Source: Eledone cirrhosa (taxonomy: Eukaryota). From it: a stretch of DNA of 64,000 nucleotides. Both the position numbers and the translations under genes were made by a program. The notes beneath the pieces were generated by a model that did no database searches, was not told where the DNA came from, and worked only from the letters and a program-made list of their open reading frames with translations. Below are positions 50,501 to 64,000 of this stretch, one piece after another (the stretch's first letter is position 1; every line of letters begins with the position of its first letter). Location: the NCBI GenBank assembly GCA_964016885.1, contig OZ024751.1:930001-994000 (forward strand). The letters are read 5' to 3'.

Positions 50501-53500
50501 TGTAGATATGTATATATCAATTGTACTCACTTCCCTGAGTACAGTGGGTGAGTGTAGATATGTATATATCAACTGTAATCACTTCCCTGAGTACAGTGTG
50601 TGAGTGTAGATATGTGTATACACACTTCCCTGAGTACAGTGTGTGAGTGTAGATATGTATATATCAACTATACACACTTCCCTGAGTACTGTGTGTGAGT
50701 GTAGATATGTATATATCAACTATACACGCTTCTCTGAGTACAGTATGTGAGTGTAGATATGTATATATCAACTGTACACACTTCCCTGAGTACAGTGTGT
50801 GAGTGTAGATATGTATATATCAACTATACACGCTTCTCTGAGTACAGTGTGTGAGTGTAGATATGTATATATCAACTATACACGCTTCCCTGAGTACAGT
50901 GTGTGTGTGTAGATATGTGTATATCAACTATACACACTTCCCTGAGTACAGTGTGTGAGTGTAGATATGTATATATCAACTGTACACACTTCTCTGAGTA
51001 CAGTGTGTCAGTGTAGATATGTACATATCAACTGTACACACTTCCCTGAGTACAGTGTGTGAGTGTAGATATGTATATATCAACTATACACACTTCCCTG
51101 AGTACAGTGTGTGAGTGTAGATATGTATATATCAACTATACACACTTCCCTGAGTACAGTGTGTGAGTGTAGATATGTATATATCAAGTGTACACACTTC
51201 CTTGAGTACAGCGTGTGAGTGTAGATATGTATATATCAACTGTACACACTTCCCTGAGTACAGTGTGTGAGTGTAGATATGTATATATCAAGAGTACACA
51301 CTTCCCTGAGTACAGCGTGTGAGTGTAGATATGTATATATCAAGTGTACACACTTCCCTGAGTACAGTGTGTGAGTGTAGATATGTATATATCAAGTGTA
51401 CACACTTCCCTGAGTATAGTGGGTGAGTGTAGATATGTGTGTATCAACTGTACACACTTCCCTGAGTACAGTGGGTGAGTGTAGATATGTATATATCAAC
51501 TATACACACTTCCCTGAGTACAGTGTGTGAGAGTAGATATGTATATATCAACTGTACACACTTCTCTGAGTACAGTGTGTGAGTGTAGATATGTGTATAT
51601 CAACTATACACACTTCCCTAAGTACAGTGTGTGAGTGTAGATATGTATATATCAACTGTACACACTTCTCTGAGTACAGTGGGTGAGTGTAGATATGTGT
51701 ATATCGACTGTACACACTTCCCTGAGTACAGTGTGTGAGTGTAGATATGTGTATATCAACTGTACACACTTCCCTGAGTACAGTGTGTGAGTGTAGATAT
51801 GTGTATACACACTTCCCTGAGTACAGTGTGTGAGTGTAGATATGTATATATCAACTATACACACTTCCCTGAGTACAGTGTGTGAGTGTAGATATGTATA
51901 TATCAAGTGTACACACTTCCCTGAGTATAGTGGGTGAGTGTAGATATGTGTATATCAACTGTACACACTTCCCTGAGTACAGTGGGTGAGTGTAGATATG
52001 TATATATCAACTATACACACTTCCCTGAGTACAGTGTGTGAGTGTAGATATGTATATATCAACTGTACACACTTCTCTGAGTACAGTGTGTGAGTGTAGA
52101 TATGTGTATATCAACTATACACACTTCCCTAAGTACAGTGTGTGAGTGTAGATATGTATATATCAACTGTACACACTTCTCTGAGTACAGTGGGTGAGTG
52201 TAGATATGTGTATATCGACTGTACACACTTCCCTGAGTACAGTGTGTGAGTGTAGATATGTGTATATCAACTGTACACACTTCCCTGAGTGCAGTGTGTG
52301 AGTGTAGATATGTGTATACACACTTCCCTGAGTACAGTGTGTGAGTGTAGATATGTATATATCAACTATACACACTTCCCTGAGTACAGTGTGTGAGTGT
52401 AGATATGTATATATCAACTGTACACACTTCTCTGAGTACAGTGGGTGAGTGTAGATATGTGTATGTCAACTGTACACACTTCCCTGAGTACAGTGTGTGA
52501 GTGTAGATATGTATATATCAACTGTACACACTTCTCTGAGTACAGTGTGTCAGTGTAGATATGTATATATCAACTATGCACGCTTCCCTGAGTACAGTGT
52601 GTGAGTGTAGATATGTGTATATCAACTATACACACTTCCCTGAGTACAGTGTGTGAGTGTAGATATGTATATATCAACTATACACACTTCCCTGAGTACA
52701 GTGTGTGAGTGTAGATATGTATATATCAAGTGTACACACTTCCTTGAGTACAAATTTGATTGTGTAGATATGTATATATCAAGTGTACACACTTCCCTGA
52801 GTACAGTGTGTGAGTGTAGATATGTATATATCAACTGTACACACTTCCCTGAGTACAGTGGGTGAGTGTAGATATGTATATATCAACTGTACTCACTTCC
52901 CTGAGTACAGTGGGTGAGTGTCGATATGTGTATATCAACTGTACACACATCCCTGAGTAGAGTGTGTGAGTGTAGATATGTACATATCAACTGTACACAC
53001 TTCTCTGAGTACAGTGGGTGAGTGTAGATATGTGTATATCAACTGTACACACTTCCCTGAGTACAGTGTGTGAGTGTAGATATGTGTATATCAACTATAC
53101 ACACTTCCCTGAGTACAGTGTGTGAGTGTAGATATGTATATATCAACTGTACACACTTCTCTGAGTACAGTGGGTGAGTGTAGATATGTGTATATCAACT
53201 GTACACACTTCCCTGAGTACAGTGTGTGAGTGTAGATATGTGTAGATCAACTATACACACTTCCCTAAGTACAGTGTGTGAGTGTAGATATGTATATATC
53301 AACTATACACACTTCCCTGAGTACAGTGTGTGAGTGTAGATATGTGTATATCAACTGTACACACTTCCCTGAGTACAGTGTGTGAGTGTAGATATGTGTA
53401 TATCAACTATACACACTTCCCTGAGTACAGTGTGTGAGTGTAGATATGTATATATCAACTATACACGCTTCTCTGAGTACAATGTGTGAGTATAGATATG

Positions 53501-56500
53501 TATATATCAACTGTACACACTTCTCTGAGTACAGTGTGTGAGTGTAGATATGTGTATATCAACTGTACACGCCTCCCTGAGTACAGTGTGTGAGTGTAGA
53601 TATGTATATATCAACTGTACACGCTCTCTGAGTACAGTGGGTGAGTGTAGATATGTGTATATCAACTGTACACGATTCCCTGAGTACAGTGTGTGAGTGT
53701 AGATATGTATATATCAACTGTACACGCTTCTCTGAGTACAGTGTGTGAGTGTAGATATGTGTATATCAACTGTACAGACTTCCCTGAGTACAGTGTGTGA
53801 GTGTAGATATGTGTATACACACTTCCCTGAGTACAGTGTGTGAGTGTAGATATGTATATATCAACTATACACACTTCCCTGAGTACAGTGTGTGAGTGTA
53901 GATATGTATATATCAACTATACACACTTCCCTGAGTACAGTGTGTGAGTGTAGATATGTATATATCAACTGTACACACTTCTCTGAGTACAGTGGGTAAG
54001 TGTAGATATGTATATATCAACTGTACACACTTCCCTGAGTACAGTGTGTGAGTGTACATATGTATATATCAACTATACACACTTCCCTGAGTACAGTGTG
54101 TGAGTGTAGATATGTATATTTCAACTATACACACTTCTCTGAGTACAGTGTGTGAGTGTAGATATGTATATATCAACTGTACACACTTCTCTGAGTACAG
54201 TGGGTGAGTGTAGATATGTATATATCAACTATACACACTTCCCTGAGTACAGTGTGTGAGTGTAGATATGTATATATCAACTGTACACACTTCCCTGAGT
54301 AGAGTGTGTGAGTGTAGATATGTATATATCAACTGGACACACTTCCCTGAGTACAGTGTGTGAGTGTAGATATGTGTATATCAACTGTACACGCTTCCCT
54401 GAGTACAGTGTGTGAGTGTAGATATGTGTATATCAACTGTACACACTTCTCTGAGTACAGTGTGTCAGTGTAGATATGTATATATCAACTATACACGCTT
54501 CCCTGAGTACAGTGTGTGAGTGTAGATATGTGTATATCAACTATACACACTTCCCTGAGTACAGTGTGTGAGTGTAGATATGTATATATCAACTATACAC
54601 GCTTCTCTGAGTACAGTGTGTGAGTGTAGATATGTATATATCAACTATACACGCTTCTCTGAGTACAGTGTGTGAGTGTAGATATGTATATATCAACTAT
54701 ACACGCTTCTCTGAGTACAGTGTGTGAGTGTAGATATGTATATATCAACTGTACACACTTCCCTGAGTACAGTGTGTGAGTTTAGATATGTATATATCAA
54801 GTGTACACACTTCCCTGAGTACAGTGTGTGAGTGTAGATATGTATATATCAAGTGTACACACTTCCCTGAGTTCAGTGTGTGAGTGTAGATATGTATATA
54901 TCAAGTGTACACACTTCCCTGAGTACAGTGTGTGAGTGTAGATATGTATATATCAACTGTACACACTTCCCTGAGTAGAGTGTGTGAGTGTAGATATGTA
55001 TATATCAACTATACACACTTCCCTGAGTACAGTGTGTGAGTGTAGATATGTATATATCAACTATACACACTTCCCTGAGTACAGTGTGTGAGTGTAGATA
55101 TGTGTATATCAACTGTACACACTTCCCTGAGTACAGTGGGTGAGTGTAGATATGTATATATCAATTGTACTCACTTCCCTGAGTACAGTGGGTGAGTGTC
55201 GATATGTGTATATCAACTGTACACACTTCCCTGAGTACAGTGTGTGAGTGTAGATATGTATATATCAACTGTACACACTTCCCTGAGCACAGTGGGTGAG
55301 TGTAGATATGTGTATATCAACTGTACACACTTCCCTGAGTACAGTGTGTGAGTGTAGATATGTGTATATCAACTATACACACTTCCCTAAGTACAGTGTG
55401 TGAGTGTAGATATGTATATATCAACTGTACACACTTCTCTGAGTACAGTGGGTGAGTGTAGATATGTGTATATCAACTGTACACACTTCCCTGAGTACAG
55501 TGTGTGAGTGTAGATATGTGTATATCAACTGTACACGCTTCCCTGAGTACAGTGTGTGAGTGTAGATATGTGTATATCAACTGTACACACTTCCCTGAGT
55601 ACAGTGTGTGAGTGTAGATATGTGTATACACACTTCCCTGAGTACAGTGTGTGAGTGTAGATATGTATATATCAACTATACACACTTCCCTGAGTACAGT
55701 GGGTGAGTGTAGATATGTATATATCAACTGTACACACTTCCCTGAGTACAGTGTGTGAGTGTAGATATGTATATATCAACTGTACACACTTCTCTGAGTA
55801 CAGTGGGTGAGTGTAGATATGTGTATATCAACTGTACACACTTCCCTGAGTACAGTGTGTGAGTGTAGATATGTATATATCAACTGTACACACTTCTCTG
55901 AGTACAGTGTATGAGTGTAGATATGTATATATCAACTGTACACACTTCTCTGAGTACAGTGTGTCAGTGTAGATATGTATATATCAACTATAAACGCTTC
56001 CCTGAGTAGAGTGTGTGAGTGTAGATATGTGTATATCAACTATACACACTTCCCTGAGTACAGTGTGTGAGTGTAGATATGTATATATCAACTATACACA
56101 CTTCCCTGAGTACAGTTGGTGAGTGTAGATATGTATATATCAAGTGTACACACTTCCTTGAGTACAGTGTGTGGGTGTAGATATGTATATATCAAGTGTA
56201 CACACTTCCCTGAGTACAGTGTGTGAGTGTAGATATGTATATATCAACTGTACACACTTCCCTGAGTACAGTGGGTGAGTGTAGATATGTATATATCAAC
56301 TGCACTCACTTCCCTGAGTACAGTGGGTGAGTGTCGATATGTGTATATCAACTGTACACACTTCCCTGAGTAGAGTGTGTGAGTGTAGATATGTATATAT
56401 CAACTGTAGACACTTCTCTGAGTACAGTGGGTGAGTGTAGATATGTGTATATCAACTGTACACGCTTCCCTGAGTACAGTGTGTGAGTTTAGATATGTAT

Positions 56501-59500
56501 ATATCAACTATACACACTTCCCTGAGTACAGTGTGTGAGTGTAGATATGTATATATCAACTGTACACACTTCTCTGAGTACAGTGGGTGAGTGTAGATAT
56601 GTGTATATCAACTGTACACACTTCTCTGAGTACAGTGTGTGAGTGTAGATATGTATATATCAACTATACACACTTCCCTGAGTACAGTGTGTGAGTGTAG
56701 ATATGTATATATGAACTGTACACACTTCTCTGAGTACAGTGGGTGAGTGTAGATATGTGTATATCAACTGTACACACTTCTCTGAGTACAGTGTGTGAGT
56801 GTAGATATGTATATATCAACTATACACACTTCCCTGAGTACAGTGTGTGAGTGTAGATATGTATATATGAACTGTACACACTTCTCTGATGACAGTGGGT
56901 GAGTGTAGATATGTGTATATCAACTGTACACACTTCCCTGAGTACAGTGTGTGAGTGTAAATATGTGTATACACACTTCTCTGAGTACAGTGTGTGAATG
57001 TAGATATGTATATATGAACTGTACACACTTCCCTGAGTACAGTGTGTGAGTGTAAATATGTGTATATCAACTGTACACACTTCCCTGAGTACAGTGTGTG
57101 AGTGTAGATATGTGTATACACACTTCTCTGAGTACAGTGTGTGAGTGTAGATATGTATATATCAACTATACACACTTCCCTGAGTACAGTGTGTGAGTGT
57201 AGATATGTATATATCAACTATACACGCTTCTCTGAGTACAGTGTGTGAGTGTAGATATGTATATATGAACTGTACACACTTCCCTGAGTACAGTGTGTGA
57301 GTGTAAATATGTGTATATCAACTGTACACACTTCTCTGAGTACAGTGTGTGAGTGTAGATATGTATATATCAACTGTACACACTTCCCTGAGTACAGTGT
57401 GTGAGTGTAGATATGTATATATCAAATATACACACTTCTCTGAGTACAGTGTGTGAGTGTAGATATGTATATATCAACTGTACACACTTCCCTGTGTACA
57501 GTGTGTGAGTGTAGATATGTATATATCAACTATACACACTTCCCTGAGTACAGTGTGTGAGTGTAGATATGTGTATATCAACTGTACACACTTCCCTGAG
57601 TACAGTGTGTGAGTGTAGATATGTGTATACACACTTCCCTGAGTGCAGTGTGTGAGTGTAGATATGTATATAACAACTATACACGCTTCTCTGAGTACAG
57701 TGGGTGAGTGTAGATATGTATATATCAACTGTACACACTTCCCTGAGTACAGTGTGTGAGTGTAGATATGTATATATCAAGTGTACACACTTCCCTGAGT
57801 ACAGTGTGTGATTGTAGATATGTGTATATCAACTGTACACACTTCCCTGAGTACAGTGTGTGAGTGTAGATATGTATATATCAAGTGTACACACTTCCCT
57901 GAGTACAGTGTGTGAGTGTAGATATGTGTATATCAACTGTACACACTTCCGTGAGTACAGTGTGTGAGTGTAGATATGTGTATACACACTTCCCTGAGTA
58001 CAGTGTGTGAGTGTAGATATGTATATATCAACTGTACACACTTCCCTGAGTACAGTGGGTGAGTGTAGATATGTGTATATCAACTATACACACTTCCCTG
58101 AGTACAGTGTGTGAGTGTAGATATGTGTATATCAACTATACACACTTCCCTGAGTACAGTGTGTGAGTGTAGATATGTATATATCAACTGTACACACTTC
58201 CCTGAGTAGAGTGTGTGAGTGTAGATAAGTATATATCAACTGTACACACTTCCCTGAGTACAGTGTGTGAGTGTAGATATGTATATATCAACTGTACACA
58301 CTTCCCTGAGTACAGTGTGTGAGTGTAGATATGTGTATATCAACTATACACGCTTCTCTGAGTACAGTGTGTGAGTGTAGATATGTGTTTATCAACTGTA
58401 CACACTTCCCTGAATACAGTGTGTGAGTGTAGATATGTATATATCAACTGTACACGTTTCTCTGAGTACAGTGTGTGAGTGTAGATATGTGTATATAAAC
58501 TGTACACACTTCCCTGAGTACAGTGTGTGAGTGTAGATATGTATATATCAACTATACACGCTTCTCTGAGTACAGTGTGTGAGTGTAGATATGTATATAT
58601 CAACTATACACGCTTCTCTGAGTACAGTGTGTGAGTGTAGATATGTATATATCAACAGTACACACTTCCCTGAGTACAGTGTGTGATTGTAGATATGTGT
58701 ATATCAACTGTACACACTTCCCTGAGTACAGTGTGTGAGTGTAGATATGTATATATCAAGTGTACACACCTCCCTGAGTACAGTGTGTGAGTGTAGATAT
58801 GTATATATCAACTATACACACTTATCTGAGTACAGTGTGTGAGTGTAGATATGTATATATCAACTGTACACACTTCTCTGAGTACAGTGTGTGAGTGTAG
58901 ATATGTATATATCAACTGTACACACTTCTCTGTGTACAGTGGGTGAGTGTAGATATGTATATATCAACTGTACTCACTTCCCTGAGTACAGTGTGTGAGT
59001 GTAGATATGTATATATCAACTGTACACGCTTCTCTGAGTACACTGGGTGAGTGTAGATATGTATATATCAACTGTACACACTTCCCTGAGTACAGTGTGT
59101 GAGTGTAGATATGTGTATATCAACTGTACACACTTCCCTGAGTACAGTGTGTGAGTGTAGATATGTATATATCAACTGTACACACTTCTCTGAGTACAGT
59201 GTGTGAGTGTAGATATGTACATATCAACTGTACACACTTCCCTGAGTACAGTGTGTGAGTGTAGATATGTATATATCAACTATACACGCTTCTCTGAGTA
59301 CAGTGTGTGAGTGTAGATATGTATATATCAACTGTACACACTTCCCTGAGTACAGTGTGTGAGTGTAGATATGTATATATCAACTATACACGCTTCTCTG
59401 AGTACAGTGTGTGAGTGTAGATATGTATATATCAACTATACACGCTTCCCTGAGTACAGTGTGTGAGTGTAGATATGTGTATATCAACTATACATACTTC

Positions 59501-62500
59501 CCTGAGTAGAGTGTGTGAGTGTAGATATGTATATATCAAGTGTACACACTTCCTTGAGTACAGTGTGTGAGTGTAGATATGTATATATCAAGTGTACACA
59601 CTTCCCTGAGTACAGTGTGTGAGTGTAGATATGTATATATCAACTGTACACACTTCCCCGAGTACAGTGGGTGAGTGTAGATATGTATATATCAACTGTA
59701 CTCACTTCCCTGAGTACAGTGGGTGAGTGTCGATATGTGTATATCAACTGTACACACTTCCCTGAGTACAGTGTGTGAGTGTAGATATGTATATATCAAC
59801 TGTACACACTTCTCTGAGTACAGTGGGTGAGTGTAGATATGTATATATCAACTATACACACTTCCCTGAGTACAGTGTGTGAGTGTAGATATGTGTATAT
59901 CAACTGTACACACTTCCCTGAGTACAGTGTGTGAGTGTAGATATGTGTATACACACTTCCCTGAGTACAGTGTGTGAGTGTAGATATGTATATATCAACT
60001 GTACACACTTCCCTGAGTACAGTGGGTGAGTGTAGATATGTGTATATCAACTATACACACTTCCCTGAGTACAGTGTGTGAGTGTAGATATGTGTATATC
60101 AACTATACACACTTCCCTGAGTACAGTGTGTGAGTGTAGATATGTATATATCAACTGTACACACTTCCCTGAGTAGAGTGTGTGAGTGTAGATAAGTATA
60201 TATCAACTGTACACACTTCCCTGAGTACAGTGTGTGAGTGTAGATATGTATATATCAACTGTACACACTTCCCTGAGTACAGTGTGTGAGTGTAGATATG
60301 TATATATCAACTATACACGCTTCTCTGAGTACAGTGTGTGAGGGTAGATATGTATATATCAACTGTACACACTTCCCTGAGTAGAGTGTGTGAGTGTAGA
60401 TATGTGTATATCAACTGTACACACTTCTCTGAGTACAGTGTGTGAGTGTAGATATGTATATATCAACTATACACACTTCCCTGAGTACTGTGTGTGAGTG
60501 TAGATATGTATATATCAACTATACACGCTTCTCTGAGTACAGTGTGTGAGTGTAGATATGTATATATCAACTGTACACACTTCCCTGAGTACAGTGTGTG
60601 AGTGTAGGTATGTATATATCAACTATACACGCTTCTCTGAGTACAGTGTGTGAGTGCAGATATGTATATATCAACTGTACACACTTCCCTGAGTACAGTG
60701 TGTGAGTGTAGATATGTGTATATCAACTGTACACACTTCCCTGAGTACAGTGGGTGAGTGTAGATATATATATATCAATTGTACTCACTTCCCTGAGTAC
60801 AGTGGGTGAGTGTAGATATGTATATATCAACTGTACTCACTTCCCTGAGTACAGTGGGTGAGTGTCGATATGTGTATATCAACTGTACACACTTCCCTGA
60901 GTACAGTGTGTGAGTGTAGATATGTATATATCAACTGTACACACTTCCCTGAGTACAGTGGGTGAGTGTAGATATGTGTATATCAACTGTACACACTTCC
61001 TTGAGTACAGCGTGTGAGTGTAGATATGTGTATATCAACTATACACACTTCCCTAAGTACAGTGTGTGAGTGTAGATATGTATATATCAACTGTACACAC
61101 TTCTCTGAGTACAGTGGGTGAGTGTAGATATGTGTATATCAACTGTACACACTTCCCTGAGTACAGTGTGTGAGTGTAGATATGTGTATATCAACTGTAC
61201 ACGCTTCCCTGAGTACAGTGTGTGAGTGTAGATATGTGTATATTAACTGTACACACTTCCCTGAGTACAGTGTGTGAGTGTAGATATGTGTATACACACT
61301 TCCCTGAGTATAGTGTGTGAGTGTAGATATGTATATATCAACTATACACACTTCCCTGAGAACAGTGGGTGAGTGTAGATATGTATATATCAACTGTACA
61401 CACTTCTCTGAGAACAGTGGGTGAGTGTAGATATGTATATATCAACTGTACACACTTCCCTGAGTACAGTGTGTGAGTGTAGATATGTGTATACAAACTT
61501 CCCTGAGTACAGTGTGTGAGTGTAGATATGTATATAACAACTGTACACACTTCTCTGAGTACAGTGTGTGAGTGTAGATATGTATATATCAACTGTACAC
61601 ACTTCTCTGAGTACAGTGGGTAAGTGTAGATATGTATATATCAACTGTACACACTTCCCTGAGTACAGTGTGTGAGTGTAGATATGTATATATCAACTAT
61701 ACACACTTCCCTGAGTACAGTGTGTGAGTGTAGATATGTATATTTCAACTATACACACTTCTCTGATTACAGTGTGTGAGTGTAGATATGTATATATCAA
61801 CTGTACACACTTCTCTGAGTACAGTGGGTGAGTGTAGATATGTATATATCAACTATACACACTTCCCTGAGTACAGTGTGTGAGTGTAGATATGTGTATA
61901 TCAACTATACACACTTCCCTGAGTACAGTGTGTGAGTGTAGATATGTATATATCAACTGTACACACTTCCCTGAGTAGAGTGTGTGAGTGTAGATATGTA
62001 TATATCAACTGTACACACTTCCCTGAGTACAGTGTGTGAGTGTAGATATGTGTATATCAACTATACACACTTCCCTGAGTACAGTGTGTGAGTGTAGATA
62101 TGAGTATATCAACTGTACACACTTCCCTGAGTACAGTGTGTGAGTGTAGATATGTATATATCAACTATACACGCTTCTCTGAGTAGAGTGTGTGAGTGTA
62201 GATATGTATATATCAACTATACACGCTTCTCTAAGTACAGTGTGTGAGTGTAGATATGTATATATCAACTGTACACACTTCCCTGAGTACAGTGTGTGAG
62301 TGTAGATATGTATATATCAAGAGTACACACTTCCCTGAGTACAGCGTGTGAGTGTAGATATGTATATATCAAGTGTACACACTTCCCTGAGTACAGTGTG
62401 TGAGTGTAGATATGTATATATCAAGTGTACACACTTCCCTGAGTATAGTGGGTGAGTGTAGATATGTGTATATCAACTGTACACACTTCCCTGAGTACAG

Positions 62501-64000
62501 TGTGTGAGTGTAGATATGTGTATATCAACTATACACACTTCCCTAAGTACAGTGTGTGAGTGTAGATATGTATATATCAACTATACACACTTCCCTGAGT
62601 ACAGTGTGTGAGTGTAGATATGTGTATATCAACTGTACACACTTCCCTGAGTACAGTGGGTGAGGGTAGATATATATATATCAATTGTACTCACTTCTCT
62701 GAGTACAGTGTGTGAGTGTAGATATGTATATATCAACTGTACACACTTCCCTGAGTACTGTAGGTGAGTGTAGATATGTGTATATCAACTGTACACACTT
62801 CCCTGAGTACAGTGTGTGAGTGTAGATATGTGTATATCAACTATACACACTTCCCTAAGTACAGTGTGTGAGTGTAGATATGTATATATCAACTATACAC
62901 ACTTCCCTGAGTACAGTGTGTGAGTGTAGATATGTATATATCAACTGTACACACTTCTCTGAGTACAGTGTGTGAGTGTAGATATGTATATATCAACTGT
63001 ACACACTTCTCTGAGTACAGTGGGTGAGTGTAGATATGTATATATCAACTGTACACACTTCTCTGAGTACAGTGTGTGAGTGTAGATATGTATATATCAA
63101 CTGTACACACTTCCCTGAGTGCAGTGTGTGAGTGTAGATATGTGTATACCAACTATACACACTTCCCTGAGTACAGTGTGTGAGTGTAGATATGTATATA
63201 TCAACTGTACACACTTCTCTGAGTACAGTGTGTGAGTGTAGATATGTGTATATCAACTATACACGCTTCCCTGAGTACAGTGTGTGAGTGTAGATATGTG
63301 TATATCAACTATACACACTTCCCTGAGTACAGTGGGTGAGTGTAGATATGTATATATCAACTGTACACACTTCCCTGAGTACAGTGTGTGAGTGTAGATA
63401 TGTATATATCAACTGTACACACTTCCCTGAGTACAGTGGGTGAGTGTAGATATGTATATATCAACTGTACACACTTCCCTGAGTACAGTGTGTGAGTGTA
63501 GATATATATATATCAATTGTACTCACTTCCCTGAGTACAGTGGGTGAGTGTAGATATGTATATATCAACTGTACTCACTTCCCTGAGTACAGTGTGTGAG
63601 TGTAGATATGTGTATACACACTTCCCTGAGTACAGTGTGTGAGTGTAGATATGTGTATACACACTTCCCTGAGTACAGTGGGTGAGTGTAGATATGTATA
63701 TATCAACTGTACACACTTCCCTGAGTACAGTGTGTGAGTGTAGATATGTATATATCAACTATACACGCTTCCCTGAGTACAGTGTGTGTGTGTAGATATG
63801 TGTATATCAAGTGTACACACTTCCTTGAGTACAGCGTGTGAGTGTAGATATGTATATATCAACTATACACACTTCCCTGAGTACAGTGTGTGAATGTAGA
63901 TATGTATATATCAACTATACACGCTTCTCTGAGTACAGTGTGTGAGTGTAGATATGTATATATCAACTATACACACTTCCCTGAGTACAGTGTGTGAGTG
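17591..64000. repeat. 52-bp tandem satellite, main block (~900 monomers, runs off the window), with 43-bp deletion variants and multi-kb block duplications
   Basis: Same monomer and orientation as 8694-11907 throughout. The 43-mers lack 9 nt (..GTGTATA^CACAC..). Repeated ORF-track offsets are 4981, 4653/4497, 3457, 511 and 13309. Confidence 0.99.

Noticed and set aside
18651-63758. Dozens of ORFs reading MIYTYLHSHTVLREVC..
   Set aside because: They are translations of the 52-bp satellite. The monomer length is not a multiple of 3, starts are non-ATG, and ORFs appear only where variants remove a stop.
8694-64000. CRISPR-like array
   Set aside because: Monomers are head-to-tail with no unique spacers, there are no cas genes, and the context is eukaryotic.

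Overview
This is repeat-dominated eukaryotic DNA, most likely from an invertebrate animal (inferred from the element families). I found no recognisable host gene. 1-3856 is a decayed Penelope-like retroelement (PLE): its RT ORF is on the minus strand, a minimal hammerhead ribozyme lies at 3065-3109, and an inverted linker plus GIY-YIG segment follows on the plus strand. 3845-7135 holds RTE-clade LINE pieces in opposite orientations (APE-RT-PHD on minus; C-terminus, 3' hairpin and (ATG)n tail on plus), separated by (TA)n tracts and a small inverted-repeat element. 7444-7860 is a ~420-bp fold-back. From 8694 to the window end runs a ~49.6-kb satellite of 52-bp monomers, with a recurrent 43-bp variant and nested multi-kb block duplications. 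It is cleanly interrupted at 11908-17590 by a young, full-length CsRn1-type Ty3/Gypsy LTR retrotransposon with 402-bp LTRs (2 mismatches), a tRNA-Trp-like PBS, a CHCC gag, a -1 frameshift site with a predicted pseudoknot, an intact pol and a broken gag. The many short ORFs in the satellite are translation artefacts. I see no convincing new multi-gene system; the best leads are RNA-structure elements and rearrangement signatures.
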